A stretch of DNA of 19,348 nucleotides, from the NCBI GenBank assembly GCA_963693365.1, contig CAVNZM010000003.1, positions 1,432,920 through 1,452,267 on the forward strand, given 5' to 3'. This document shows, in pieces, positions 1-10,534 of the stretch (the first letter of the stretch is position 1; each line of letters opens with the position of its first letter). A program made the translations under genes and the position numbers. The notes beneath the pieces are model-generated. The model was not told the DNA's origin, did not search any database, and saw only the letters and a program-made list of their open reading frames with translations. Source of the stretch: Amoebidium appalachense. Its lineage: Eukaryota > Protista > Ichthyosporea.

Positions 1-288
1 CGCCCGGGTATAATTGATATTGGCAATACGTCTATAATGCTAGCGCAATAGTAATGCAATGGCAATGTAATGGCACTCTAATGTATTGGCGATATTGATG
101 TAACATATACTGGATAATATATTCATATCAGCGGGATATCGACAATAGAGGGTATTGGTACTGTATTACCATTGACAATACCAAAGCAATATTATTGCAA
201 TATGGCGTTCCTATTGGCGGCAAGGGGTTCTATTGCCAATATCGCCAATAGCGCCAATAGCAAAAAATACGTTGGCAATACTTCCGGG
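1..288. repeat. Cluster of short quasi-palindromic TATTG(G/C/A)CAATA / TATTGGCGATA motifs in both orientations, resembling CACTA/CMC subterminal repeats and ending in a possible terminus ...CTTCCGGG
   Basis: TATTGGCAATA at 18-28; TATTGGCGATATTG at 84-97 with its exact reverse complement at 237-250; ATTGACAATA at 171-180; TATTGCCAATA at 231-241; TTGGCAATA at 272-280. The cluster stops abruptly at CCGGG (284-288). The subterminal-repeat interpretation is inference. Confidence 0.6.
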
Positions 289-350
289 AAGTTTGCTGAT
301 GCAGACATAAAAAAAAAAAAAAAGCCTTGATCATGAAAGAAACAGCATAC

Positions 351-621
351 CACGAGCAACACGTTCGGCGGCAGCAGATGCGTTGGGCGCCATGTTTGAG
401 GTGCCCACAAGCGCCTGCAGGGCCGTAATTTGCCTTGCGTTTTGTGCAAAACCCTCCTCCACAACACGCTGTAAGCCGGCCTGGTTCTCACGCATGGTGT
501 TGAATTGCACGGTCAAGGCAATGAGCAGGCCTTGAATTTCTTGCACCACCTTATTAGTGTTCTCTACGTTGGCAAGAAGTGATGCCTTATGGTTGTTGTT
601 GTTACCAGATTGCCCAGACAT
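351..621 (-). CDS. First coding exon of a divergent gene with a coiled-coil-like N-terminus (MSGQSGNNNNHKASLLANVENTNKVVQEIQGLLIALTVQFNTMRENQAGLQRVVEEGF...)
   Basis: ATG at 621-619 inside ORF 331..867. The sequence is heptad-like and amphipathic, and ends at a GTATGC donor (350). A poly-T tract and CAG acceptor (298-296) define a 55-nt phase-1 intron. The next exon runs into the 1-288 repeat cluster. Confidence 0.5.
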
Positions 622-1783
622 CTTGTTACCAGCGCTGTATAGCCGCAGAAAAAAAATACTTCCATGTTTGACAAGTTGAGCAACACCTGCTTTTATACCT
701 GTGCACGAAATGAAAATGACGTGTGTTTTTGCAAGCGAAAAAGTGCCAACGGTTTGAGGGAGCGAGAACGTTTTGTGACTCTCGGACAAACGGTCATTGT
801 AGAGGGTTGAAGTGATTGGTCCACCAATTTTGCGTGAATCCGTTGTGTGATTAAAACGTTTAAACACAAGCTGGGCCTTATAAACTCTTTATGCGCATTT
901 GTAAAGCGCTGGATGAATTTAGTTGTTGCCGGTAGTAAAAACCGCCGAGCAGTGCAAATGCCCACTACGCTGCTCAACGGTACACATGTGATACGTCTGC
1001 CATTCATTTATTTAGATTTTTTTTTTAAAAAAAGAAAAAACATATACAGAGAATATTATGCGCTACTATTGGGCTTTTTCTATTCCCTCTCCGGCTAGGC
1101 GTCTGCTCTTGTGTTGGGCGAAAAAGCCCGCCAAAAAGTGAAGGTCACGGATGCGCGCATGCCGGGAGCAAATTTACATGCCGAGGGAAACGAGCAAAGA
1201 GCAAGCATGCCCGAAACAAAAGGGATGTGGTCTCCTCAACGTCTGTCTGGTAACAAAACCTTGTAAAAAAAACATTGTGGTCTTCTTTACATGAATACGT
1301 ACGCCAACATGAATCGTAGAAATAGAATTAAATCATGTCAAATGGTATCGGTGATATCGCGCAAATCTGCATGAATTTCATACAAATAATTTGCCCCCCT
1401 TCTCAGGCTTGACTCAACATGACTCGTACCACAAAGCTAAACCTAACTTTAATATATATTCACCACATTCATGATTTTTTACTTTGTCAATACATCATAA
1501 CAGCTGTGTTTTCATTAACTTTTTAGTTTTTAAGCCCCTCGTTTTCTAAAGATTGACTTTTGGAACTTGTTGCTCAGTTCCAGTGCTCGGTTCTGTGGGC
1601 TCAAATTCCAGCCAATAAAAGCGAGGGATTGATGGAGCGCAAGTAGTTCTGCAAAGTCCAAAAACAAAACGGCGCGGATCCGCCATGTACGTACAATACA
1701 TAGCACACGTGCAAGTGCATGCACATGTGTGCGTTTTGTTCGAGTAGGCCGGGGCATACGTTGTGTTGCCCTGCGCTCTAACC

Positions 1784-2920
1784 ATGGAGCTGTTACGAGT
1801 GGCCACTTGGTTTGTAGTTGCGGGCGTTTTCTATATCAGTTTCTGCCTAATCCGTTTTTTGGAACCTACACTTGGACCAGCCGTATGGTTTTGGTCAGCA
1901 TGGCACGGGCTACCCATAGCCTTACAGGCACTACGTGCCCTGCTCTGGGTGGCCATTTATTTTGTTCCACTAATGTTGCAGATGACAAAATCAAACCCAA
2001 CTCTTTTTCTTGCTCTTATCTATTATGGCTACAGTTACGGGCGTGCCATTGTGTTGTTTTTTCGTAGCTCATTTTTTTCGCTCCTGTACTTGTGTGGCCC
2101 ATTCTCACATGTGGTGTGCCTTGGGATATATACACTGTGGCCTTTGCCCACGCTTTTCTACCTAATTTCAAGCATACACCCTTATTTCGTGTTGATCACA
2201 TACATTTTACGCAAATTCGGACTTATGGCAAGTCACAGGAAAGGTCATTTCGCACGCATTCGCGTAGCTCGTCGAAAGTTCGCTCTTCGGCAAATAATGA
2301 TACGTCGCCATCGCAATGGGCAACACATTTCTTCATTTTCCCCCCTCCTCACTGACAAAACACCAGATCAGTCAAAAACAGCTGGGAAAGTCAACTCTTT
2401 CTATTCTGTTATCATTCCTACCCTTTTCCTTCTCCTTTGCTACATGCCCGGAGCCTGTGCATTCGGCAACCAATCATATACGGTAGATAATTTTAGTACA
2501 ACATCCCACCCGCTTGCTCCAACCCCTGCTGTCAGTATCTTCGTGGCAACTCTCATTGTATTTCTCGTTTTCCTCCAAGTTCGTAGTGGCGCTGGTAAGC
2601 GCCAAGCGAAAAGGAAACCACGTGACCCAGAATGGGGGGATTTTGAGCTCGAGACAAACCACAACGACCAATCAAACTCAGTTGACAACACACAACCAGG
2701 CATTTCTGATCATGTGGCCATACCAATACCGCAACCCAAACGCCCGCGAGTAGAAAAACCCCTTCTTCCCTTTCCTTACACAAGAGTGGAGGGGGGGTTA
2801 CGAAATTTTATTGTTCCCTTTGTGAATATACCACCAGCAGGATCGAATATTTCAAGTCACACAAACGCGAATTTTTCGATGAAGAGAAACAAGAATGGGC
2901 TCGAACAAATCTCCATATAA
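1784..2920 (+). CDS. Multi-pass membrane protein ORF (378 aa), probably the N-terminal part of the transposase gene
   Basis: Long ORF free of microsatellites, with ATG in ACCATGG context at 1784. It has several long hydrophobic segments, a signal-peptide-like VIIPTLFLLLCYMPGACA, NQS/NFS sequons, a TM segment VSIFVATLIVFLVFLQV followed by basic RSGAGKRQAKRKPR, and PKRPR (NLS-like). Confidence 0.65.
   Translation: MELLRVATWFVVAGVFYISFCLIRFLEPTLGPAVWFWSAWHGLPIALQALRALLWVAIYFVPLMLQMTKSNPTLFLALIYYGYSYGRAIVLFFRSSFFSLLYLCGPFSHVVCLGIYTLWPLPTLFYLISSIHPYFVLITYILRKFGLMASHRKGHFARIRVARRKFALRQIMIRRHRNGQHISSFSPLLTDKTPDQSKTAGKVNSFYSVIIPTLFLLLCYMPGACAFGNQSYTVDNFSTTSHPLAPTPAVSIFVATLIVFLVFLQVRSGAGKRQAKRKPRDPEWGDFELETNHNDQSNSVDNTQPGISDHVAIPIPQPKRPRVEKPLLPFPYTRVEGGLRNFIVPFVNIPPAGSNISSHTNANFSMKRNKNGLEQISI
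2803..2868 (+). other. C2H2-like zinc-finger motif (KFYCSLCEYTTSRIEYFKSHKR) in the transposase frame, upstream of ATG 2920
   Basis: Manual translation shows the frame of ORF 2920 is open from 2710 (TGA at 2707-2709) and reads ...[48 protein letters not shown]. This fits F-x-C-x2-C-x12-H. The fourth ligand is not at canonical spacing. Confidence 0.6.
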
Positions 2921-3317
2921 TGCAGGGTGTACAAAGCACATACAAGCGAAATGACACAGAACCTGGCAGATTAACACGTCAAATCGCACAACTTAATTCA
3001 AACAACCAGAACCAACCCACAAATAACCCCCCACAACAATCCACCAATCAAAGCCGAGCGCAACAAAATGCGAGAACTGCGTTGGTACCCCCCAGCGAAT
3101 ATCAATACCACGAGCAACGGAGCGAAATCGCACCCGAGCAAGCATTCCCAAACACTACTGGTGCCCCAGACCTTTCTGTGCGGGGTATTCAATCAAGGGC
3201 TGGGGGTTTTGCACAAGCATTCCGTGCAAATTTTGAGGATAACATGGCTTTGCGCTTTTTCACTAATAGTAACGAGGACTCACAAGATGACGATGATTTG
3301 CCGGATATATCGGACTG
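2920..3317 (+). CDS. Transposase gene exon 1 (Q/N-rich, low complexity; extends upstream in frame to the zinc finger)
   Basis: Coding part of ORF 2920..3681 ends at ...PDISD, followed by TG|GTACGT (donor 3318) and then poly-C and (GT)n. Confidence 0.7.
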
Positions 3318-3608
3318 GTACGTATACTACTACCCCCCCCCCCCCCCCCTCCGGTCCCACCCCATCCTGTCCACCCACGTGCTTTACATACACATTGTAC
3401 TGCCCGCAACCACTAAGAACATGCAAGCCAGAACCAGAGCCAGCTGCGTGATTGTGAAGTTTATGTGTTTGTGTGAGCTTGTGTGTGTGTGTGTGTGTGA
3501 GTGTGTGTGTGTGTATGTGTGTGTGTGTGCGCGCACGCGCATTGTGCTGCTTACAAACACGAAACAAGCAAGCCGGAGCCTGAGCCTTTTTTGTGTGTGT
3601 AGGTGTAT

Positions 3609-3639
<31 letters not shown>

Positions 3640-3999
3640 GTGACGTGTGTGTGCTTGTCTGCTTGTGTGTGTGTGTGTTAATGTGTATGTATGTGTGTGT
3701 GTGTGTGCGCGCGCGTGCGTGTGCGGTGGCACCTGTGTACACGGTGACCGTGTGTGCAGGTGTTTTGATGTGCACGTAATTGTATTGGGTTTTGTATCCC
3801 GTAACAGTATGCACGTGTGCGTTTGTGTCTTTATATTTTCAGGATGAGGTGTTTGTGTGTTGGCAGTGGCCGGCACTGCTATCGGTAATGTTATTGTCTG
3901 GTACAGACCCTGTCTTGTTCACTGACACTATTTTTTTTGGTAACATGCTCTACACACAGCTTTCAGGAATGTATGGATTACATTGCGCTGTAGTTTTAG

Positions 4000-4045
<46 letters not shown>

Positions 4046-4864
4046 CCTCCCTCCCCGACGAGCTTTGTTCCGTTGTGTCTAAAAACAATGTAAATGTCTG
4101 ACCCACAGCATCTTCAACGACGACGAAGTTGACCCGCACACAGCCCCCCGTGCCAATGAAAACGTCAATGGAAATCCCGTTGGCAGTGAGACCGATGCAG
4201 CCCACACGTGCGAGGCCGGCCCCCCACCTCCATCGCCCACACCTGCAACCCCACCACAACCCCAATCACCATTACAACAGAACAATAATAACAACATTCA
4301 TCTCACTTTAGCACAAGTATACACGGCCATCGAGGAGGAAACAATGTGGGTCTCTGACCAAGTTGCAGTGGATTTAATAGCACAAGTTCGAGAGGAAACA
4401 CGCAAGCTGGTAGGGGATAGCGGTGAGGGGGATAACACAGGTGTGAATGAGCAGGATAATGATGATTGGGTGGATGATCTATTAGCAGACGAGGGGGGTG
4501 TGGGTGGAAATGAGCAAGGGCATCCAGTTGCCGGGGAGGGGGAGAATGGGGAAAACAACAATAGGGGTGTGCAAAACGACGACGAGGGCGAGCAAAACTT
4601 ATTCCGAAGGTGTGCTTCTCCCCACTCCTCCCTCCCCTTTTTGTTCTCGGTACGGTCGCCAAGCGCGCGCGCGTGTGTGTATGTGTGTGTGTGGGTGTTG
4701 AGAGGGGGAAGAGGAGGTGGAGGGGGGGAAGGGGGGGGGGCATAGAATGTCCGTTTGTTGGTAGAGCCATCGCAATTCGGCTATCCACCTGTGCACGTGC
4801 AGGGCAGGGGTATGTGCAGGTGCCACATGTGCATGTGTGTGGTGCGTGAGTGTGTGTGCCCGGG

Positions 4865-4911
<47 letters not shown>

Positions 4912-7001
4912 TCGTGTGTGTGTGTGTGTGTGTGTGTGTGTCGCGGGCGGGGGGGGGGGGGGGGGGGGGGGAGGGGGCGGGGGGGGCACATGTTTGTAGG
5001 CAAGCAATGTGGTGCGTGAGGAAAGAGATTGTAGAATATGCTAACGTGCACATACCCTTCCATGATGCAGGTTGCGGCCGGCGTGGTTACGCAGCGACGA
5101 AAAAACCTTGCTGTGGGAGGAGTTGATGTCATTGTTTGACGGGGCTAGCAATCTCACGGGGTACCTTTTTCAAACAGTGACGGGCACTGCAAACGAGAAG
5201 GCAGAGGCCCTCACACGCATCAGCGACGCTATCTGTGTATGTATGTGGCAAATATATGTTGATAACAAAACAACCAAGGCAGCGATAGCAAATGTTTCTA
5301 AATTAATCAAGGCCACTTTGATAACGATAGATCCTCGGCTACAATACCTTGTCCCCTCCACCCAAACGTGGCTCGAAGAAACATTATGGGAGTTAACTGG
5401 GGGCACCCACTTACAACCGTATGTTGTATGCCCCAACCTCCAATGCAACACATTATACAAGCCCGGTGATTTACAACTGACGGGAGCTGGCAAGGACGGC
5501 AAATCGGATTTGGGTTTTACTCAATGTCGGATTAAATGCCGTACAGTTCTACGTTACAAAAAACTTGGGGAACGGTGAGTGCACACTGCAAGACTGCTCA
5601 CTGCATGACCACTACATGCAGTCAAGCATGCATGCTAGAGAGGGAGGGAGGAAGGGAGAGAGTGGAGGGAGGGAAGAGGGGGGGGGGGGGGGGGGGGGGG
5701 GATGTATGCATTTGAGGGGTCCACAAGGATAGAAGAGGGAGGAGCTCGAGATGGGAGAGGGGGGTGGAGTGGGGAAGGGGGGGGGAGAGAGGGGGAGGGA
5801 GAAAGAGAGAGAGGGAGAGAGAGAGAGAGAGAGAAGAGATAGAGAGACATAACTAATCAATGACACATTCCGTTGCAAAAATTATACTGGCAGTCCCGTG
5901 CACACCACCCACACCACGTTGCCCGCCGCCCGTGCATGTATATAAAGACAATACACACACGACTGCGAGGCCCACACATATAACCACACACTCACACACA
6001 AGCAAACACAAGCACACACAAGCACACACACACACACACACGCACACACACACAGAGAGAGAGAGAGATAGAGAGAGAGAAAGAAAGAGAGAAGACAACG
6101 AGAAAGAGACCACATTCACACCCCCACCCCCACCCCCACACACAGGAGCGGAACCCGCCAACCCGTGGTGTGTGGCAGGGAACTTACCATAAGAGCCGGG
6201 AGACGATTTAAGGCGGCCAAGTCATTTTTCTACACATCGATCCTCGAAAAGCTCTCGGAATTAATTTCCATCCCTGCAAATGCCCAGGCAATATCAGAAC
6301 ACAACCAACGGCTTCGGCAATACCAATCACGGGAGGAATATTTGGCAGCAAATAACGGGGCTATGCCAGATTTATCGTACGGAGAGGCATACTGGTCACC
6401 CGAAATGGTGAAATTTCGTTCCGAAGGACCACTTAACTTCACACTGTTACTGAATTTTGATTTTTTTTGCCCCTTCTGCAAATTTGTTAACACCTACTCG
6501 GTTGGTGCAATATATCTGACCATAACTTCTTTGCCGTTTCAAATGCGCCAACGTAAAGAAAACACAATTTTCGTAGGCCTAATCCCCGGTCCCAGAGAGC
6601 CAGAACAAACATTAAACGGATTCCTAGCACCACTAATTGCAGATTTGCGAACACTTTATGAAAAGGGTATTAAAGTCAAAATCAACGGCGTAGACGTTAC
6701 AGCTCGAGGTAGATTGGTTGTCGTTGCATGCGACTCCCCTGGTCGTAGTAAAATAGGTGGGTGGGCAGGCCATTCGGCTAACTATGGTTGCCCTTGTTGC
6801 AAAAAGAAAGCGGAAAACGGATGCTGGGGTGGGGAACAGAATGCCGAGGCACGCACCCATGCACAGATGCTGTAAGTACACAGGGGCGAATGTGTGCACG
6901 TGCACGTGTGTGCATATGTGGGTGTCTTTGTGCGTGTAACTGTGTGTATATGCGTGTTGTGTTTGTGTATGTGTGTGTGTGTGTGTGTGTGAGCGTGTGT
7001 G

Positions 7002-7045
<44 letters not shown>

Positions 7046-7796
7046 TGCATGCTTGCATATGCGGGGTCGCAGTGGATGCATGCTTTTGTGTGTGTGTCTG
7101 CGTGCATGCGTGTGCGTGTGCATGTGTGTGGAGAGGATGGTAAGTGGGTGCAAGTATGTGGCATGCGTACACATGTCGTCGGGGGGGAGGGGGGGGGGGG
7201 GGGGGGGGGCATAGGAGAGCTCAGGTACCTCTGTTCACGGATGTTTGTGCAGGTGGCAAGCGCTGGCCAGCTGGTTTGCCCCAACTGTAGCACTGCGGCA
7301 GAACGTCACAACTGCCACCGGCGTTCGGTACAGCACGCTACTGGAGCTGTACCCAGATAGCTGGTGGAGTTTGGTGGATTCAATTGTTATTGACCCCATG
7401 CACACCCTCTATCTGGGTATAGTCTCCGACCTAATCGACCTTATGCTAGAGCGACACGGCATAAAGGTGGCCAAGGATGGAGACAGGACACCCGAGGCTA
7501 ACGGTATGTTGTTTCTTTATCATGGGTGAAGTGCGCAATGAGGGCGAAAGGAAGGGCGGGAGGGGGGGAGGGACTTGGAGAGGCGGGCAGGGGGGGGGGG
7601 GGGGGAGACAGAAACCGAGAGAAGGGGGGGGGGGGGGGGGGGAAGAAGGGGAAGGGGAAGGAGAGGGAAAGAGAAAAGCGATAGGTGGGTTAGGGTGGGG
7701 GAAAAGAGAGGGGGAGAGTGTGTGAGAGGGTGGTGAAGAGAGACAGAAAGTGAGAGGGAGAGAAAGAGAGAGAGAGAGGAGGGGGAGGGAGGGGGG

Positions 7797-7832
<36 letters not shown>

Positions 7833-7843
7833 GGGGGGGGGGG

Positions 7844-7923
<80 letters not shown>

Positions 7924-7991
7924 GTGAGAGTGAGATAGAGAGTGAGAGAGTGAGAGAGTGTGTGTGTTGTGGGGAGGGGGGGGGAGGGGGA

Positions 7992-8025
<34 letters not shown>

Positions 8026-8657
8026 GACAGAAAGAAGTAAGCGAGGCGCAGGGCAGGAGCATGAATAAAGTCAATAAAGTCATAAATTAAGAAGCGACCT
8101 GTTTTGCAGACCAACTGCGACGCATCGATAGGCGGCTAGAGCAGCTGTACCTTCATCTCCCACCCTCCGACTACTGCCGCCCACCTAAGGGTAAATCGAT
8201 CGTCAGTCGTACCGGTTGGAAAGCCGCTACCTATCGCCATTTCCTTCACTACGGTGCTCTATATGTATTCTACGGTATATTCACCGCTGCCGACTATGAA
8301 ATATGGCGAAACCTGTTCCTGGCTAGTCATCATTGGGCTAAGGACGATGTTACGTTGGAGGATCTAAAAATAGCAGACACACATTACGCCAAGTTCCTGG
8401 AACTACTTAAGCAAGAAGGATATTACGGTGAACAGCCGGACGGAAAACAAAAACCGCTCAAGCCCAACTATCACTATGCATCCCATTTTTCTAAATTCAT
8501 TCGGCAATTTGGGTCCTTCCGGAACTGGTGGTTGTTCTTTTATGAGCTCCTTAATGGCTTCCTCCGGAGCTTCGAAACCAACAACAAAGGTATGTACTGC
8601 CCAGCACAAAGTGTGTTTGTGTTTGTGTGTGTGCGCGCATGTGTATGTGATTTAGAG

Positions 8658-8692
<35 letters not shown>

Positions 8693-8819
8693 GAGAGGGG
8701 GAGAAGCGAGGGAGAGAGACAGAGAGAGGTGTGTGTGTGTGGGGGGGGGGGGGGGGGGGGGGGAGATCGAGACGAGAAAGGAGAAGAGAGAGGAGAGAGA
8801 GAGGGAGAGAAAGAGAGAG

Positions 8820-8875
<56 letters not shown>

Positions 8876-9156
8876 TGTGTGTGTGAGTGAGAGAGAGAGA
8901 GAGAGAGAGATAAGAAAGGTAGATAGGGCGTGTGTATGTGTATGTGTGTGGGTGTGTGTGTGTGGGGGGGGGGTTGTTTTATCTGGTCGGACACCACCGG
9001 GGGGGGGGGGGGGGGGGAGAAGGTGAAAGGGCAAGAATGAGAGAAGAAGAAAGGGAAGCAGGAAGAGAAGGAGGAAAAGGTTAGAGGAAGAAGGGGCCTG
9101 GATCGAGAAGGGGATGTAGGAAACATGCAGACGGGGGCACAACGGATGGATGGATG

Positions 9157-9232
<76 letters not shown>

Positions 9233-10382
9233 GTGCGTGTTTATATGTGACTGTGTGTCATATGAACGTCTACAAACATGTGCATACGTGTACGGACAAA
9301 CACCTACATCTTCTTCTACCAAAATAAACAAACACACACAAAAAGATACTGCAAACACATATATGCTACAAGAACGAAGCAAACCTAACCTTTAAGCACC
9401 CCCCCCCCCCCCCCCCCCCCCCCCCCCGCCCGCCCCCACTTGCACCAGTACCAACCCCCCTCCCTTCCCCCCCCCCCCCTCCCCACCTCTTCCCGTCCGT
9501 CCCTTTCCCTCTCATCCCCTACTAACACAACACACACGGGCACACACCATTCTCTACCGCCCGGCTACCAAGCTGCCCTTCAACTTTAAAGCATCACAGC
9601 CACCCACTGACACAGGCACGGTGCACACAGGTGTAGAGTGGCAGATGATAATGTGCGCCCTGTGTCAAGGGTTCTACCGTGCGCCAGAGCTACGTGCCCT
9701 TCTTCCTCCCGCGCTGTTGGAACTACTACCCGACCACGAAATCAGTGCTGAGGGCATTGAACGCCGGCAAACAGTCACGGGCACTTACGGGCCAGCTCAG
9801 GCAGCACCGGAGCAGACTAAACGGCGTGGTAAGCAGATCAGCGTGGATGGCAGCCCATTTGCAGACCTGCGACAACAAATCGTTCATTACATTCGTGCTG
9901 CCTACTTCAGCGACAAACAGTTTAACGTTGGGCTTCAGCTTGCAAAAAAGGCATGCCCCCAAAACATCACAACCTACACAACCGGAATAGTCCGGCACAC
10001 CCGGATAACATGCAACTCCAACGCAACCAGCAACAAGCGCAGGTACGTCTCGGCAAGCTTGCCAAGAGATAGCGCTCACCTTGATAACTGTGGTGAGTAC
10101 TTTGGGGAGATCATGTTTTTTTTTGAGTGTGATATTAAGGTCGAGGAGGGTAGGGTGGAGAGGGTTGAGCTAACATACTGCCAGTGGCGGTACAACCCCA
10201 AAGAGATAGTTACGAATGGGATGTACATAGTGACCGATGCAATTTACCAGGCTGAGAAGTGGGCCCAAAAGGTCGTGAACCCCCAGGCTTTCGAAAGATT
10301 GTGTATGATTCTCTCGTGGAAAGACCCAGACCCCCAGAACAACAATGAGTATGCAGTTCTCCCACTAAGGCCCGGGCTTTAA
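2920..10382 (+). CDS. Spliced CACTA/EnSpm (CMC) Tnp2-family DDE transposase; join(2920-3317,4109-4609,5071-5574,6146-6871,7253-7503,8110-8589,9631-10382), 3612 nt / 1203 aa from ATG 2920; true start probably upstream
   Basis: Tnp2-type motifs recognised by eye: CPxxxC...CG zinc-binding region, [83 protein letters not shown]...FG...W.F.YE..NG.L. All six introns have GT donors (GTACGT, GTGTGC, GTGAGT, GTAAGT, GTATGT, GTATGT) and CAG acceptors with matching phases (2,2,2,2,1,1). There are no internal stops. Confidence 0.88.
4109..4609 (+). CDS. Transposase gene exon 2 (Pro-rich/acidic, probably disordered)
   Basis: CTGAC branch point, then CAG acceptor at 4106-4108. The frame is open ([10 protein letters not shown]...[10 protein letters not shown]...QNLFR) and ends at AG|GTGTGC. 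Confidence 0.75.
5071..5574 (+). CDS. Transposase gene exon 3 (helical region plus first half of the Cys-rich zinc-binding motif)
   Basis: GCTAAC branch at 5040-5045, CAG at 5068-5070, ORF 5072..5578 with [13 protein letters not shown], donor GTGAGT at 5575. Confidence 0.85.
6146..6871 (+). CDS. Transposase gene exon 4 (Tnp2 catalytic core, first two Asp motifs)
   Basis: CAG at 6143-6145; NFDFF and CDSPG motifs; donor GTAAGT at 6872. Confidence 0.92.
7253..7503 (+). CDS. Transposase gene exon 5 (DPMH motif)
   Basis: CAG at 7250-7252; [10 protein letters not shown]...[10 protein letters not shown]; donor GTATGT at 7504. Confidence 0.9.
8110..8589 (+). CDS. Transposase gene exon 6 (DUF4218-like region with the catalytic Glu motif)
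   Basis: CAG at 8107-8109; open frame QLRRIDRRL...[10 protein letters not shown]...KPNYHYASH...[12 protein letters not shown]; donor GTATGT at 8590. Confidence 0.9.
9631..10382 (+). CDS. Transposase gene exon 7 (C-terminal domain), stop TAA 10380-10382
   Basis: CAG at 9628-9630, with an in-frame alternative CAG at 9613-9615. The splice joins TNNK|[15 protein letters not shown] resembles CMC transposase C-termini. Confidence 0.85.
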
Positions 10383-10480
10383 ACTAGATTGACCGTAGAT
10401 TAAACTAGATTGGCGGTAGAGATGTGGAGGTAGCTCCAAAACATCAGACGAAAGTAGAGCAATATATTTTTTTTATATTT

Positions 10481-10534
<54 letters not shown>

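Larger units (their letters stand above)
3318..9630. repeat. Microsatellite and homopolymer-filled introns: (GT)n, (GA)n, (CA)n, poly-G, poly-C
   Basis: Directly visible, e.g. (GT)n at 9158-9226, (GA)n at about 7845-7912, poly-C at 4000-4043 and 9398-9427. Within this gene the long tracts are confined to the inferred introns. Confidence 0.95.
1784..10382 (+). mobile_element. CACTA/CMC-superfamily DNA transposon coding region (termini not determined; the element may extend over the whole window)
   Basis: Apparently intact Tnp2-family transposase. No matched TIR pair or target-site duplication found by eye. Confidence 0.7.

Noticed and set aside
2595-2959. GTAAGC...CAG intron that would join ORF1 to the transposase in frame
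   Set aside because: It is phase-compatible, but it would remove protein-like open sequence including the NLS-like motifs and the zinc finger, and it lacks the simple repeats seen in the other introns of this gene. Disfavoured, but not excluded without RNA data.
3280-9395. Many ORFs of the HTHTHT, CVCVCV, ERERER, LSLSLS, poly-P and poly-G type
   Set aside because: They are stop-free translations of intronic microsatellites and homopolymers, not proteins.
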